Shown here one piece after another: positions 43,301 to 56,509 of a stretch of 64,000 bases of DNA. Under the pieces are notes generated by a model, which saw only the letters and a list, made by a program, of their open reading frames with translations, had not been told where the DNA came from and did no database searches. The stretch's first letter is position 1. Each line of letters opens with the position of its first letter. The stretch comes from the human T2T-CHM13v2.0 reference genome, Homo sapiens. The position numbers and the translations under genes were made by a program. The stretch lies in NCBI RefSeq assembly GCF_009914755.1, contig NC_060930.1; one strand, written 5' to 3'.

Positions 43301-44203
43301 ACCTAAAAATGGGAGAAAATTTTTACAATCTACCCATCTGACAAAGGTCTACTATCCAGAATTTACAAGGAACTTAAATTTACAAGAAAAAAATAAAAAA
43401 CCCTGTGAAAAAATGGGCAAAAGATATGAACAGACACTTCTCAAAAGAAGACATTTATGTGGCCAAAAAATGAAAGAAGCTCAACATCACTGATCATTAG
43501 AGAAATGCAAATCAAAACCGCAATGAAATACCATCCCATGCCAATCAGAATGTCAATTATTAAAAAGCCAAGGAACAATATATGATGGTGAGGCTGTGGA
43601 GAAATAAGAACACTTTTACACTGCTGGCGGGAATGTAAATTAGTTCAACCATTGTGGAAGACAGTATGTCTACTCCTCAAGGATCTAGAACCAGAAATAC
43701 CACTTGACCCAGCAATCCTATTACTGGGTATATAACCAAAGGAATTAAATCATTCTACTATAAAGATACGTGAACACGTATGTTTACTGCAGCATTATTT
43801 ACAATAACAAAGTCATGAAACCAACCCAAATGCCCATCAATGACAGACTGGATAAAGAAAATGTGGTACATATACACCATGGAATAATATGCAGCCATAA
43901 AAAGGAATGAGATTTTGTCCTTTACAGGGACATGAATGAAGCTGGAACCCATCATCCTCAGCAAACTAACACAGGAACAGAAAATCAAACACCACATGAT
44001 CTCACTCATAAGTGGGAGTTGAACAATGAGAACATATGGACACAGAGAGGGGAACAACAAATACCAGGGCCTTTTGGGAGGTGTTGGTAGAGGGGAGGGA
44101 ACTTAGGATGGGTCAATAGGTGCAACAAACCACCATGGCACATGTATACCTATGTAACAAACCTGCACCTTCTGCACATGTATCTTGGAACTTAAAAAAA
44201 GAA
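37329..44203 (+). mobile_element. Full-length L1PA8A-like element inserted in the ATF1 retrocopy 3' UTR
   Basis: GGGGTGGGGCCAAGATGGCCGACTAGAA start; degenerate ORF1/ORF2 ([13 protein letters not shown]); 3' 'gggaacttaggatgggtcaataggtgc'; TSD AAAATCTTCTTGA (37316-37328) / AAAAACTTCTTGA (44204-44216). Confidence 0.93.
37906..38598 (-). mobile_element. Internal L1 ORF2 fragment, antisense, inside the L1PA8A 5' UTR
   Basis: Encodes [20 protein letters not shown] and [21 protein letters not shown]...DAEKAFD; no poly-A; GTCCCA duplicated at both ends. Confidence 0.9.
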
Positions 44204-45385
44204 AAAAACTTCTTGAAAAAACTTTGGTATGAATCTTCAGAAGGCTTTTTTAAAATGGCATTTTAAGAGCCTGTGAACATTCCATTCTATTAAAACATAA
44301 CAGATTATGTAATGAATATTTAATGGCATACAGAATATAGAATTAAAACAAAAAATTTATTATGTATTCTTAGAAAACCAACATTACCAGAGTAAGCAAA
44401 AACCAACTATTTAAAAGTAAAGCTAATTTTTTAAAACAGTTGTTTTTGACTACTTATCAAGTTAGTAAACTTGATAGTAGTAGACTACTTATCAAGTTAT
44501 TATACAATCAAATATACTTATTGAGGTAGTATTGAGTATTGCCTGAGTATTGCCTGGAGGCAGGTTGGTAGGTAGTCAAAGAAAACTGTTTAAAAATGTT
44601 ACAAAATCACCGTACTTCATTCATGTACCTTAGATGCCTTTTAGAACAAGACCTCAAAAATAATTAACCCAGTCTTGAAAATCTTCTCAAGTCCAACAAA
44701 CAAACTCTTAAAACCCCATTTTAAAGACTTGACAATAGAACAAGTATATATAATGAAAACACATAATTTATATGTTTACTAATTTAATGGGTTTTCATTT
44801 ACATTTGTAATTTAGAATTTGTTGGCGGAAATAAAATACACACACACACATAACTGAAAACGGTAAATTTCAGGAACTAGAAATGCAATCCTATGGTATA
44901 AATTAATTTGTTTTTAAAAATATAATTTACCAAATTTTATCTTCTCTGCCACTTTGGATTGACAGCTGTTGTTATTTAGAAAATTCAGATTGCTGAGAGT
45001 TTATTTCTTGCTTCTTGAGTATGTTTAATTTTTACAAAGCTTTCATTCATGCCAGTAGCTGCCTTGGGGTCATTTTCTACTTAATCTTCCATCACCAAAT
45101 ATATTGTATAAGATGTTTATCCTTGAGTTGCAAAAGCTTAAATAAAAAGTTTCACTTTTAAAGTTTTAATTTATAAAATTCCACTAAAATTTTATTTAAT
45201 TTTTATGAAGGTCCACAATAATATCTTCTTTCTTAAGAATCAAGCACTTTTATTCAAATCAATATTCTTCAGTTTTTAACTCTTCTATTAGAGTTTTATT
45301 TTTATTTTTCATAACTATAACTCAATTTTCTAGGCCTTTCACATATTCTTTCTTTCTCCTTTGATATTCTGAAGTGGCTTTTCTT

Positions 45386-45687
<302 letters not shown>

Positions 45688-47226
45688 TCAAGTGGCTTTT
45701 CTTATCTTGTCTGAAATATTTTAGCTGTTCTTTGTTGTTTACTCTTCCATAGATTTTAGAAGCAACTTGTCAAGTTCATCAAGCAACCTGTTTTTCATTA
45801 ACCTTATTTCTCCTTTCAACTGGGGGTCTTCTGTCTTATTTGTTTGGTATGTAAGAGTCACAGGAGATGTCATCATCATAGTTTGTGGCAGAGAAGTAGT
45901 TGAAGGCAGTTTGGATCTGATATATCTGCCTATCACCTGATGCAGTCTGTACAACCAACTGATTGCTGGATGCAAGTATTTGCTGTCCATCAGGGACCTG
46001 CATATGCTGGAGAATAGTTGTACCTTGCTGAGTATTGCCTGAATTTGTCATGGTTAATTATGTCTGAAGTCTCTGTACTCCAGCTGTGCCTGAACTGGCC
46101 AATGGTGAGTCTCCACTTGAGACAATGGCAATGTACTATTTGCTGCCCTTCTGATAGATAGGAGTGGGAACAGACAGAAGTGACAGCAAAAACTCCAGGG
46201 TTTTCTCCATCTCCTTTTCTGCCCCATATATCTTCAGAAGATAGGTCTTTTAAAATTTTTCTGTAAGATGAATGCCGTGCTAGGATCCTGTAGGCTTTCT
46301 GTAAAGAGCCTAAGCTGTCAGATGGGTCCTGAGACTCCTCACCTTCTGATAAAGATCATACTATTGGCACATGTGGTGGGTGAATTACAGAAGACTGAGC
46401 TGTCTGGATGACACCCTGAACCTGTACTTGCTCTCCAGGAAGAGGTACCATTGTCATTAGTACAGATCATCTTAGTGCCATCTGTTTAGTAATATGAGAA
46501 ATATGAGCTCCCTGAACTGCTGAACCAGGTTGAGATGCTGTCTCTGATGTGTTACACTTGTGAGAATCTTCCATAATCAACTCTTGGGGGTCAAGTGGGG
46601 TGAAGAGAATTAGTGTCACTTACCAGCCAGCTGTCCTAGACTACCTTTTCCTTACCAGTTAGGACTGCCACTGGCATCCCTCAACCACATTTTATATTTT
46701 TGATGTCACAATGTGCATTTTTTGCATTGTGTAGTTTTTAAAACTTATTACAACTATTATTGTTTTTAATCATTTTGTATTTTAACCGTCATACTAAATA
46801 TATGAATGATTTATATACCACCATTAGAGTATTAGAGTATGTGGTATTTGACTGCATATTTACTTTTACCAGTGAGATTTATGTATTCGTATTTTCCTGC
46901 TACTAGTTAGCATCCGTTACTTTCAGCTTGACGTGCTTCCTTTAGCATTTTTTTGTGAGACAGGCCTGGTGGTAATAAACTCCCTTAGCTTTTATTTATC
47001 TGAAAAAGTCTTTGTCTCTCCTCTATTTCTAAAGGACAGCTTTGCCATTTAAAGTATTCTTGAATGACAGTTTTGTTTTTTTTATTCAGCACTTTGAATA
47101 TATAATCTCAGTCTCTCCTGGCTCATAAGGTTTATATTGAGAAGTGTGCTCCTGGCATTGTTGGGACTCCTTTATCTGTAATATTATTTTCTCTTGATGC
47201 TTTAAGGAGTCTCTCTTTGTTCTTGA

Positions 47227-47531
47227 TTTTATTTTATTTTATTTTATTTTATTTATTTTTTAGAGATGGGGTCTTGCTCTGTTCCCCAGGCTGGAGAACA
47301 GTAATGTGTTCATGGCTCATTGCAGCCTAAAACTCCTGGTCTCAAGTGATCCTTCCATCTTAGCCTCCCATTAGTTGGGACTACAGGTATGTACCACCAT
47401 GCTCAGCTAATTATTTTTTGTAGATACAGGGGTCTCTCTTTGTTGCCCAGATTGGTTGTGGATTCAAGCAATCCTCCCACCTTGGCCTCCCAAAGTTCTG
47501 GGATTACATGTGTGAGCCACTGTGCCTGGAC
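47227..47531 (-). mobile_element. AluJ
   Basis: (TTTTA)n tail, diverged Alu body, flanking TGTTCTTG repeat. Confidence 0.85.
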
Positions 47532-48339
47532 TGTTCTTGTATTTTATAGTTTAATCATAACATGTCTTGATGTAGCCTTGTTTTTATTGAATTTTACTGG
47601 TGACTTTTGACCTATATCTGGATATTTATATCTTTATCCAAATTTGGAAAATTTTCTATGATTTCTTTTAACAAGTTTTCTGGTCCTTTGTTATTTTCTT
47701 TATGGAAACTTTCTGTTTTTGAGTATTTGCTCTTGTGATGCTGTCTCACAAGTTGCACAAGCTTTATAAAAGTTCTTACTTATTTATTTTTTTCTTTTTT
47801 CTCCTCTGACAGTATATTTTGAAATAACCTGTCTTCCAGTTCACAGATTCTTTCTTCTGCTGGATCAGTTCTGCTATTTAATACTTTCTATTGCATTTTG
47901 TTATTTTGTTTGTTGTATTTTTTAGCTTCAAATTTAGGTTTCAATTTTTAAAATAATTTTATCCTCTCTGTTCAATTTCTCATTTTGATTGCTTATTGTA
48001 TTCCTGATTTTGTTGAATTGATTTTATATATTTTCTTTAAGTTCATTTATATATTTTCTTTAAGTTCATTGAGATTCCCTCAAAGAATTGTTTTGAATTC
48101 TTTTTCAGGCAGTTTATACATCTCTGTTTCTTTAGAGTTGCTTATTGGTACTTTATTTCATTCCTTTGATGATGTTCCCCTAATTGTTCTTAATTCTTAT
48201 GGCTGTACATTGGTGTCAGTACATTTGAAGAAGTAAGGACTTATTGTAGTCTTTGCATATTGGCTTTATCTGGAAAAATTCATCACTACTCAGCCTGTTC
48301 AGAGATTTTGGGCCAGACTTCTAGTATTCTTCATGGGCA

Positions 48340-49250
48340 GGCTTTCTGCTAGAGTCCTTGGGCAGGCTGGCTGGTGCCTGGGTGAGCAGGTGCATAAGCC
48401 TGGCATCTGGGTCCGTGGGATTGAGCCTGGAGCCTGGATCTACTGGGATGGACTTGTTGATTGGGTCTATAAGGGCAGGCCTGGAGCCTGTATCCACAGC
48501 ATGTAGTCTAAAGTTTGTCTCTACAGGGGTTAACTTGGTGCTGGTGTGGGCTTTGAGCCTGGTTCTGCAGGGGTAGCCCCAAAAACTTAGCCTATTGGGG
48601 TTGTTCTGGAACTGGAATCTACTGGGGTAGTCCCAGACCCTAGGCCCACTGGACCCTGGAACCACTGTGACTGGCCTGGATCCTGGAGCTGTCCTGGTGC
48701 TAAGGCAAGGCTGAAGCCTAGGGCTATGTGAGCCAACCTGGCTCTACACTGGCCTGGGCCTTGATTGGGCCTGGAGCTTGGGGCCACAGAGACTATCCTA
48801 GAGGATGGGTCCATGGATTGTTGACTTGATGTCTAAGGCTACAGGAGCTGGCCTGACACAGGTGAACCTAAAGCCTGGGGCTGCTGGGGTAGGCCTGGAC
48901 CTGTTGTGGGCTTAGAGACTGAATCTGTGGGGTCAGCCTAAAGCCTGGGGTCAGAAAGGTCAGCCTGGATTGAGAGTACGTAGGAGCTGGGCTGGTGCTG
49001 GAGTCAGCCTGAAGCCCAAGGCCACTGGTGCCAGCCCAGTGCTGGGGCCTGTTCAGAGGCTAGAGCCTGCCCAGGGGCTAGAGTAATGCAGACTGTTGGT
49101 GGGGTGGGCTCACATAATGAGTCTTCTGGGTAGGCCTGGAGACTAGGGCTGTGTGATCCAACCTTATGCTGGAGTGGGCCTAGAAGTTTACTCTATGGGT
49201 GCAAGACTACAGTCTAGGGCCATGCGGACCTACATGCTGCTGGATTTTAC
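48340..49250 (-). repeat. GC-rich degenerate tandem repeat of the L1MA 5' UTR
   Basis: Recurrent 'ggcctggagcctgg' units within the old L1 5' region. Confidence 0.7.
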
Positions 49251-50364
49251 TGGGAGAGTCCCAGTGTTGATCAGAGGCAAAGTCCTGTGCTTGCTTCCCT
49301 CTCCTTCGCCCGAGCAGAGAGTTATCTCTCTCCATGTTATACTGCCTGGGGTTGGGAGGGAGAAGGATGATGCAGGTAATGTAAAACTCTCCTTCCTACT
49401 CTCTTCAGTGTGTCTTTTCTTATTTCTGTGCTACATTCCTGGGTTGTAATCTCTCACCTGGATTCCTTAGTTTTTTGTGAAGGTGTTTTCAAGCACGTGT
49501 ACTTATTCAAATTGATGTTTTTGCAGGGGACGAGCACTGCAAAGTCCTATTCCACCACCTTGCTGACATCTGACTTGTAACTTATTTACCTACTTCTGTG
49601 TTAAAACTATGTTGATTATAAAATCTATACAAAAAGTGAAATGGAAAATAATGAGATAAAGATTGAGCAAATAACATTTGATTTATGAACATACAAAGTT
49701 ACTCTAAAAATATATTATTAATAACATTCTAACTGCTTGCTTTTTAAATGTCTTCCTATTTGTGATGCTTTCATTTAATTATTTAGTAATATCCCAAGGC
49801 ACATCATAAATTTATTGCTGTATTTATTCTCAACAATTGAAGGTATAAAACTGTGTTTGGAATAATCTTCTCAATAATTAAAAAATTGGGGGCTGACTTT
49901 TTGCCAATTCTGCTTAGATTCTCATGTGTATGTAATGTGTCTGATTATTGGGCTATACTGGAAGTGTATCAGTTATGCCATTTTTTTCTTTTGCTTACAT
50001 TTGCAAAACAATATTATTTTCAGTTGTATTTTCTTAGCAGAAAACTTTTAAACTACTTGTTCATGTAAATAGCCAGGAAATATGCTTAGAATATGAAAAC
50101 TTCAGTATGTAGCAACATGTTAAATATGACAGATCCTTAGGTTATCACCATCCAGCCTTCTGTGTTAAAGAACTCACATTCACTCTGACTTTAAAACCTG
50201 GTTGGGTTATAAGTCAATCTATATTATAAATATTAATGAGAGTTAATATAGCCTAATTGTATAGATAAAAATGTAAGTCCTCTAATATTTTCTTTTCCAT
50301 TTCAATGGCTCTAATCATCATGTGCAATCCCAGATGAAAACACCTCGTTTTATAGACTACCATT

Positions 50365-51285
50365 TTTTATGTGAATGACTTAGCTGAAGACATATGAAGC
50401 GTGATTATTAAATTTTCAGATGACACAAAATAGGACGGACAATTAATATGCTAGATGAAGTTTTAATCCAGTCCAAATTCAAGCACAAAATTTCTCAAGA
50501 TGATTGGGAATGGGAGGGTACAGGTAGAATCTGCCAGTTACCAGTGGTTCAGTTATTAATGTTGTTGAATATGGACATGGGGGAAGATAAATCTCAGAAA
50601 GGAATTTATTGGGAATGTTGGGTGACAGGTTAAATTAGTAAATACCTGGAATGATAGACATTCCTACTGATATTGAGATACTAAGTATTTAAGAGGTAGA
50701 TACCACTCTATTGCGTATTTAAAGAAGTCTAGTTTGTTTTGCTATGTGAGTAGGAGCCATTCACAATGCTTTTGTACATCTAAGCATATTTATTCAATGA
50801 TGCTGTAAGCCTTATGATGTAATCAAATTGCCTGGAGCTATATTAAGTCTTACCCATGTAAATGAGCCTCCTCTCTTTAGGTACAACTTTTCTTTCTTCC
50901 TAAAGACATGAACAGTAATTTTAAAAAGCTGAAGTTGTTTATGCTGGGAAAGAAATGTGAGAAAACACCATATGGTCTTAAAATATGTGAAAGACTGTAG
51001 AGCAGAAAGGGATTATGCATAACATGAAAATTTCCAGAGGGTAGAACTAAAATCAATGAGAGGAAATTATTCTTTAAGCAAACATAAGGGAAAAAAATAT
51101 TTTTGTAACACTGATGGAACTACCTAAAAAAAAACTGTGCTCTGTCCTGTCTTATAAGGTAGAGTGTTGAAGCAGAGATAATGGTCACTTGATCACAGAC
51201 TTTGTGTAATGATTCATGCCATAGTGTGTGGAATAAATTTACTCATCATTACGAGATTTTCCTGCTATAAAATTCTGTGATTCTA
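50365..51285 (+). mobile_element. CR1/L3 RT and 3' end fragments
   Basis: 'gtgaatgacttagctgaagac...attaaattttcagatgacacaaaa' reads NDL...IKFSDDTK (CR1 FADD motif); 3' end 'ttctgtgattcta'. Confidence 0.7.
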
Positions 51286-53530
51286 CAAATCAATTTATAC
51301 TTGAGAAAAACTTTATTTTTATATTTGCCTTCTGGAAGTCCTCATTAACTTGTTATATGTTTAAAAGAGAAACAAAAAAGAATTCAAGCTATATTACCAT
51401 ATGCATTAAGTAAATCTTTTCTTTAATAGCATGTAAATAATTCAAACAAAAATGTTTTATTTTACTGGGTTGAATTCTACATTCTCCATACCACCTCAAG
51501 AAACCCACATTAATCTCTCTCGGAACACTGAAAGAAATCTACATCACTAAGTACAAAGTTTCCGTTTCAGTGAAAATTTACGAAGTGTACTTTAAATTTA
51601 TAATTGTTTAAGAAGAGGCTTAACATTTGGTTGTTTTCAGACTTTTTTCCTTCTTGGAGTTAATCTTGGGTAATCTGAAGATTTTACTACAGCCAAATTC
51701 ATCAGAATCTGCTTTCCTTAACTCATTAAATGACTTTTAGAAAGTAATTTATCAACTGTATATATAGTTCAGTGTCTCCCTCCACGTAAGTTCTATTTTC
51801 TGCTAAATATAGGAACATAGCCTAACTCCTCAAGATATCATTAGAATCAACGGTTAATGACATCACTGAAAAATTACAGCTTCTAGTACATTCACTTCTA
51901 TTAATTCTGTAAGCAAGCAGCAAGTTTTTCAGTAGCAGAGCTTTGTTCTTGTTCTATGGGAATGTTTATATTCTAGGAACGTTTATGTTCTATTTTAGGT
52001 ACTGTTTGTTTGGGTACTATCGGGTTTTCTTTCTCAATAACTCTATTGCATATTTGGCCTCAAAGCCTACTTGTTTTGTCCATTTCTTTTTTCAAATTAG
52101 AAAATTTCAAACTCAATAGTTAAATTTGACAGGTTCATTTTATTGGCAATTTTCTATTTAATCAACGTAATAGTTCTGTGTTTATTTTTGTTTTTCATGT
52201 CATTAATATCAAATCTATTAAAATACCATGACAGTCATAAATTTGCTAGTCTGTAGTACTTTGGTAAATAACCTGCTGTCATTAGTAAGTTTTATCTGAC
52301 ATAAGAAAAGTCTATTTGGATTTTAATAATATTTTTTGACATTTATCTTCAAGAAGACAAACTAAAGCTTAAAAATCTAGAAAGGTGGACTAAAAAGAAA
52401 CACCACTTCACATTCAGATTTAAATTAAAAAAAATCGAACCTAGTTTCATAGTGTACCTTCAGCTCTTACTAATTACCTAGACAAACTTTTTTCAAAAAT
52501 AGAAGAGATAAAATAAAATTATGTTTCTATGGGAAAAAATGAATAAATCTAGGCTTAAAAATTAAAGTCAGTTTCTGCAACACTTTTGCTAGGGACAGTA
52601 TTACCTCTTTCCTCAGAATGAGAATAAAGGATGCCAAGGTCTGAAGAGTTAGACTGTTTTTATTCAAATACAGGAGAATTGTTGCCTTTTAGGCTGCAAC
52701 TGACACTGGAATTTTTAGTAAGCCCTAATCAATCATAACTCTTGAAAGCAGCTATTACAATATGATATGAAAGTCAGACTGTGTGACATGAACTTTCCAA
52801 AAACCAGTGCTGACAGCTGCTCTCTCTAAGGGCACTCATTTTCTTCCCCTTTGCTTGAAAAAAAAAAAAAAAGAAATAGAGGGAGAATGTGAATCTTCCA
52901 AGTTCCAAAATGTTATTTTACCTGTAAATTCTTTGGATATATAGAATCAGTGTTTTATAAATAATATTTGCAAACTGACTTAATGTACTCAAAACTGACA
53001 CAATGTGAAGGCTGGCAAACACTGACAACTCAAAAATAATTAATGACTCTTTCTTTTAAAAAAATCCACCTAGACTAATATTAGCTTTAAATATATGTCA
53101 ATAAATAAAGTTTTACAGAATCATTTATCATGAGGCTCACAGATATATGACCAATATAAAGTTTATTTTGATTAGGATAGGTACAATGCATGCTTCTTAT
53201 CCATATTCTATTCCTATTTATTAATCAAGGAAAATAATCATACTTCTACATAAAAATTGAAGAATGTAGATGGTGTTTAAATGTGACAATAAATAAACAG
53301 CTGGAAATGAAAGAAAACAGACTTCTAGCAGGCCATCCTAAATAAACAAATGGCTCAGTAAAATTGTCTGTAAATAGTAAATCTCAAAAACAAGAAATTT
53401 TTTTTTTGGCAATTACATTAAGGAAACAAATAGTTTGTTTTTTGAATTCCTTTATTTTTTCCTCTCTCTTTCTTTATTCTACCGGATCACATACACAACT
53501 AGGGTAGGAGGCAGATGAGACAGATTACTA

Positions 53531-54112
53531 TTAAAGGGATTTAGAATATGGCATGGCAAAATATGCTATTTTGGCATGAGGATTATTTTGAACTGAAGGT
53601 AACTGAAGAACAGCAGATACATGAGGAGCTCTCTGCCCTCCCCCATCTGCCTCAAAGCAGAGCATAAATTTCCCTTTGTAAGGGTGACATAAATTTTCAT
53701 TTGTGGAGATGTGCCCTTGCTTGTACCAGGAAGATGAGGACAACTTCAAAGACTACTCTTCTCACTGGAGATTTGAGTCTGCATAACAAACCTTACTAAA
53801 CAACATTTATTTATCATAAGTTTGCTAGTCACCTTCCCACAATTTACCTCACTTAGTAGCCCAAGCACCCCCTTCCTTTGTCATCACTTTTCTATGATGT
53901 ATTACACTTTTTAAAAATGACATAGAAGCCCCCAAGTCTAACCACTTCTTTGGGTTTTCATTTTTATGTGAAGCCCCTGTGTATATCAAAATGTTAATAA
54001 ATTTATGTGTGTGTCTTTTCACCTGTTAATCTGTCTTTTGTCAGTTTAATTTACAGGCTTCAGGAATAAACCTAAAAAGGTAGAGGAAACATTTATCTTT
54101 TCCTCTCCTATA
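53531..54112 (+). mobile_element. ERV1 solo LTR (MER4 group, MER67-like)
   Basis: 'caaaatatgctattttggcatgaggattattttgaactgaagg'; AATAAA at ~53996; 'ctgttaatctgtcttttgtcagtttaattt'. Confidence 0.7.
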
Positions 54113-54714
54113 GTATTATTATTTAACCAAGGTTTTACATGATATTAAGGTCATAAGATGATGAGAACATGTTCAGATTTCTATAATTTTGAAACATGTA
54201 CCTAGCATACTTCACGTTAAGTATGAGGCTTTCAAAAATCAGATGAGGAAATGTAAAGGATTATTTTATAAATGTTTAATATTTTTTCCCTGTAGAGAAC
54301 ATGAATTAGCAAGTCTGATATTTTGACTCATATAACCATTAAATATTTTCCTTTGTTGTTTATTTAAAAAATTTTCTAATTAGCATTGAAGATATAATAT
54401 CCATAAACATCATAGATTAAATTTGGTTGACATATTTTCAAATGATTTTATCTTCCTGTTGATTCTGTATTATATTCACCTTTTAATGAAATAAATGCTG
54501 ACAAAAAGGCGACTGCATTATAGAAAGTCAAAGGTTAGTTTTCACATATATAACTGGTTATTTGAAAGAAAATTAAAGTCCTTATAGTAATTTATGTACA
54601 TAATATATATGATATATTTCATTTGTGTATATATAACATGAAATTATATTTACATAAATGTATGCAACACATATAAAGATTTATATTTGAATAATGAGTA
54701 ATTAAACACAGATA

Positions 54715-55092
54715 CAATCATGTGTCTCATAATCATGTTTTGGTTAATGACAGATTCATATAGGATAATAGTCTCATAAGATTATAATTGAACTGAAAAA
54801 TTCCTACCACCTAGCGATGCCCTAGCCTTCTTAATGTGGTAGTACAATGCACTACCTTTTCTATGTTTAGATATGTTTATATAAATACTTACCTTTGTGA
54901 TACAATTGCCTACAGTATTCAGTACATTAACATGTTGCACATATTTGTAGCCTAGGAACAATATGCCATACCATTTAGACTTGGTGTGTGGTAAGTTATA
55001 CCATCTAAGTACGCTCTATGATGTTTGCACAACAATGAACCTGACTAACAATGCATTTCTCAGAATGTATCCCATGCACATATATATGACTG
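54715..55092. mobile_element. Tigger3a (GOLEM/MER7) MITE
   Basis: CAATCATGTG...ATATGACTG terminal inverted repeats with TA duplication on both sides; 'cataagattataattgaactgaaaaattcc'. Confidence 0.8.
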
Positions 55093-56257
55093 TATATGTA
55101 CTAGAGATAATATATATTATATGGCTTGATACATATTACATTGAAACATTGAAATATAATTATTTTTGATTTATTGTTATTTATGTTATATATTACATAT
55201 AGATATGTAATATATACATGTATGTACTTACATATGTATATATGTAGATGTGTAATTTGTAGTAACTATAACATGTTTTATCACTAGTTACAGCTTTTAT
55301 TTCTTTTATTACTAGTTATAGATTTTTTTGGTGACATATATTTCTCTGAGCATAAACATCAATGACTAAGGGGTAAAAATGTTTTTTGTCTTCATAGTGT
55401 TTCCAGAGATTACAAGAAAAATAATCTGAAAATTTTTTTTTTAGTTCTACCTCTTCCTTTCTGTCAACATTTTATTCATTGTACAAAATAAGCAAAAGCA
55501 ACTATATGGATGCCAAATAAATGGTCTGAAATTGAGAAAAACTGATTAAAGCAAATTTTTAATCTGAACAATTTAAAATGCAACCATTTTTATCTGTGAA
55601 AGTCTAAAGAGAAAAGACAATATGAGTTAAATGTGGGGTGGGGGTAGGTGAGGGAGTTTTAATCACTGAAAACTCACATTAATAAAACAATAAATTCCTA
55701 ATTCTGTAGGAAATTTCTTCCTCAGTAATAACTAATAGCATTTTAGCAATTGTGTTTAAACAATGATAATGTAATACTATTGTTTAACTTGGATAATTTA
55801 TCATTATCCAGTGATAATGGTTTATCCTCAAGAATGCTTTTTAACACCATTTCTACATTTCTAAAATTTTTAGGAGAGCAACTTTGATATATGGCTAGAG
55901 TTAACAACAAAGTGTTCACATCTGAGTTGGAGAATTATTAGGATCTTAAAGACGTATAGGGAAGGTGCACAGAGTTGTCCTGATTTCATTGGCCTTGGAT
56001 TTCTTCTCATGCAAGATACAACCTATTCACTAATAAATGATACACTGGTTATAATACATTCCTAGGTCTGAAAAAAAAACAGAAATTTTCCTCAGTGTTT
56101 ATATATTTGAATTTTTGGCCAATCTTTGCCTCTCTTTCAAAAACTTATTTTTGCCATCCCAGAATATCTCTTCTTATGGAGGTTGATATTCTTTATAAGA
56201 CAATTTTATACAGTCAAAATACTATCTCTTTCATTTTTGATAAATGAATATAATTCT

Positions 56258-56509
56258 AGTGGCATAATTATAGCTCACAGCAGCCTCAAACTCCTGGGCT
56301 CAAGGCAATCCTCCCACTTCAGCCTCCCGAGTAGGACTACAGATGCTTGCCACCCATCCAGCTATTTTTTCTTTCTTTCTTTTTTTGTACAGATGGGGGT
56401 CTCACTATATTTCCCAGGCTGGTCCTGAACTCCTGGGCTCAGGAATCCTCTTGCCTCAGCCCCACCAAGGTGCTGGGATTACAGGTATGGACCACTGTAT
56501 CTGGCTGGA
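56258..56509 (-). mobile_element. AluJ (partial)
   Basis: Alu body lacking its 3' end. Confidence 0.8.

Noticed and set aside
45739-46051. ATF1-like ORFs as a functional gene
   Set aside because: Multiple stops and frameshifts, the KID motif RRPSY changed to RHSSY, and an Alu in the bZIP.
48340-49250. GC-rich repeat array as a CRISPR-like or novel minisatellite
   Set aside because: Degenerate units without a repeat-spacer structure; explained by the L1MA 5' UTR.
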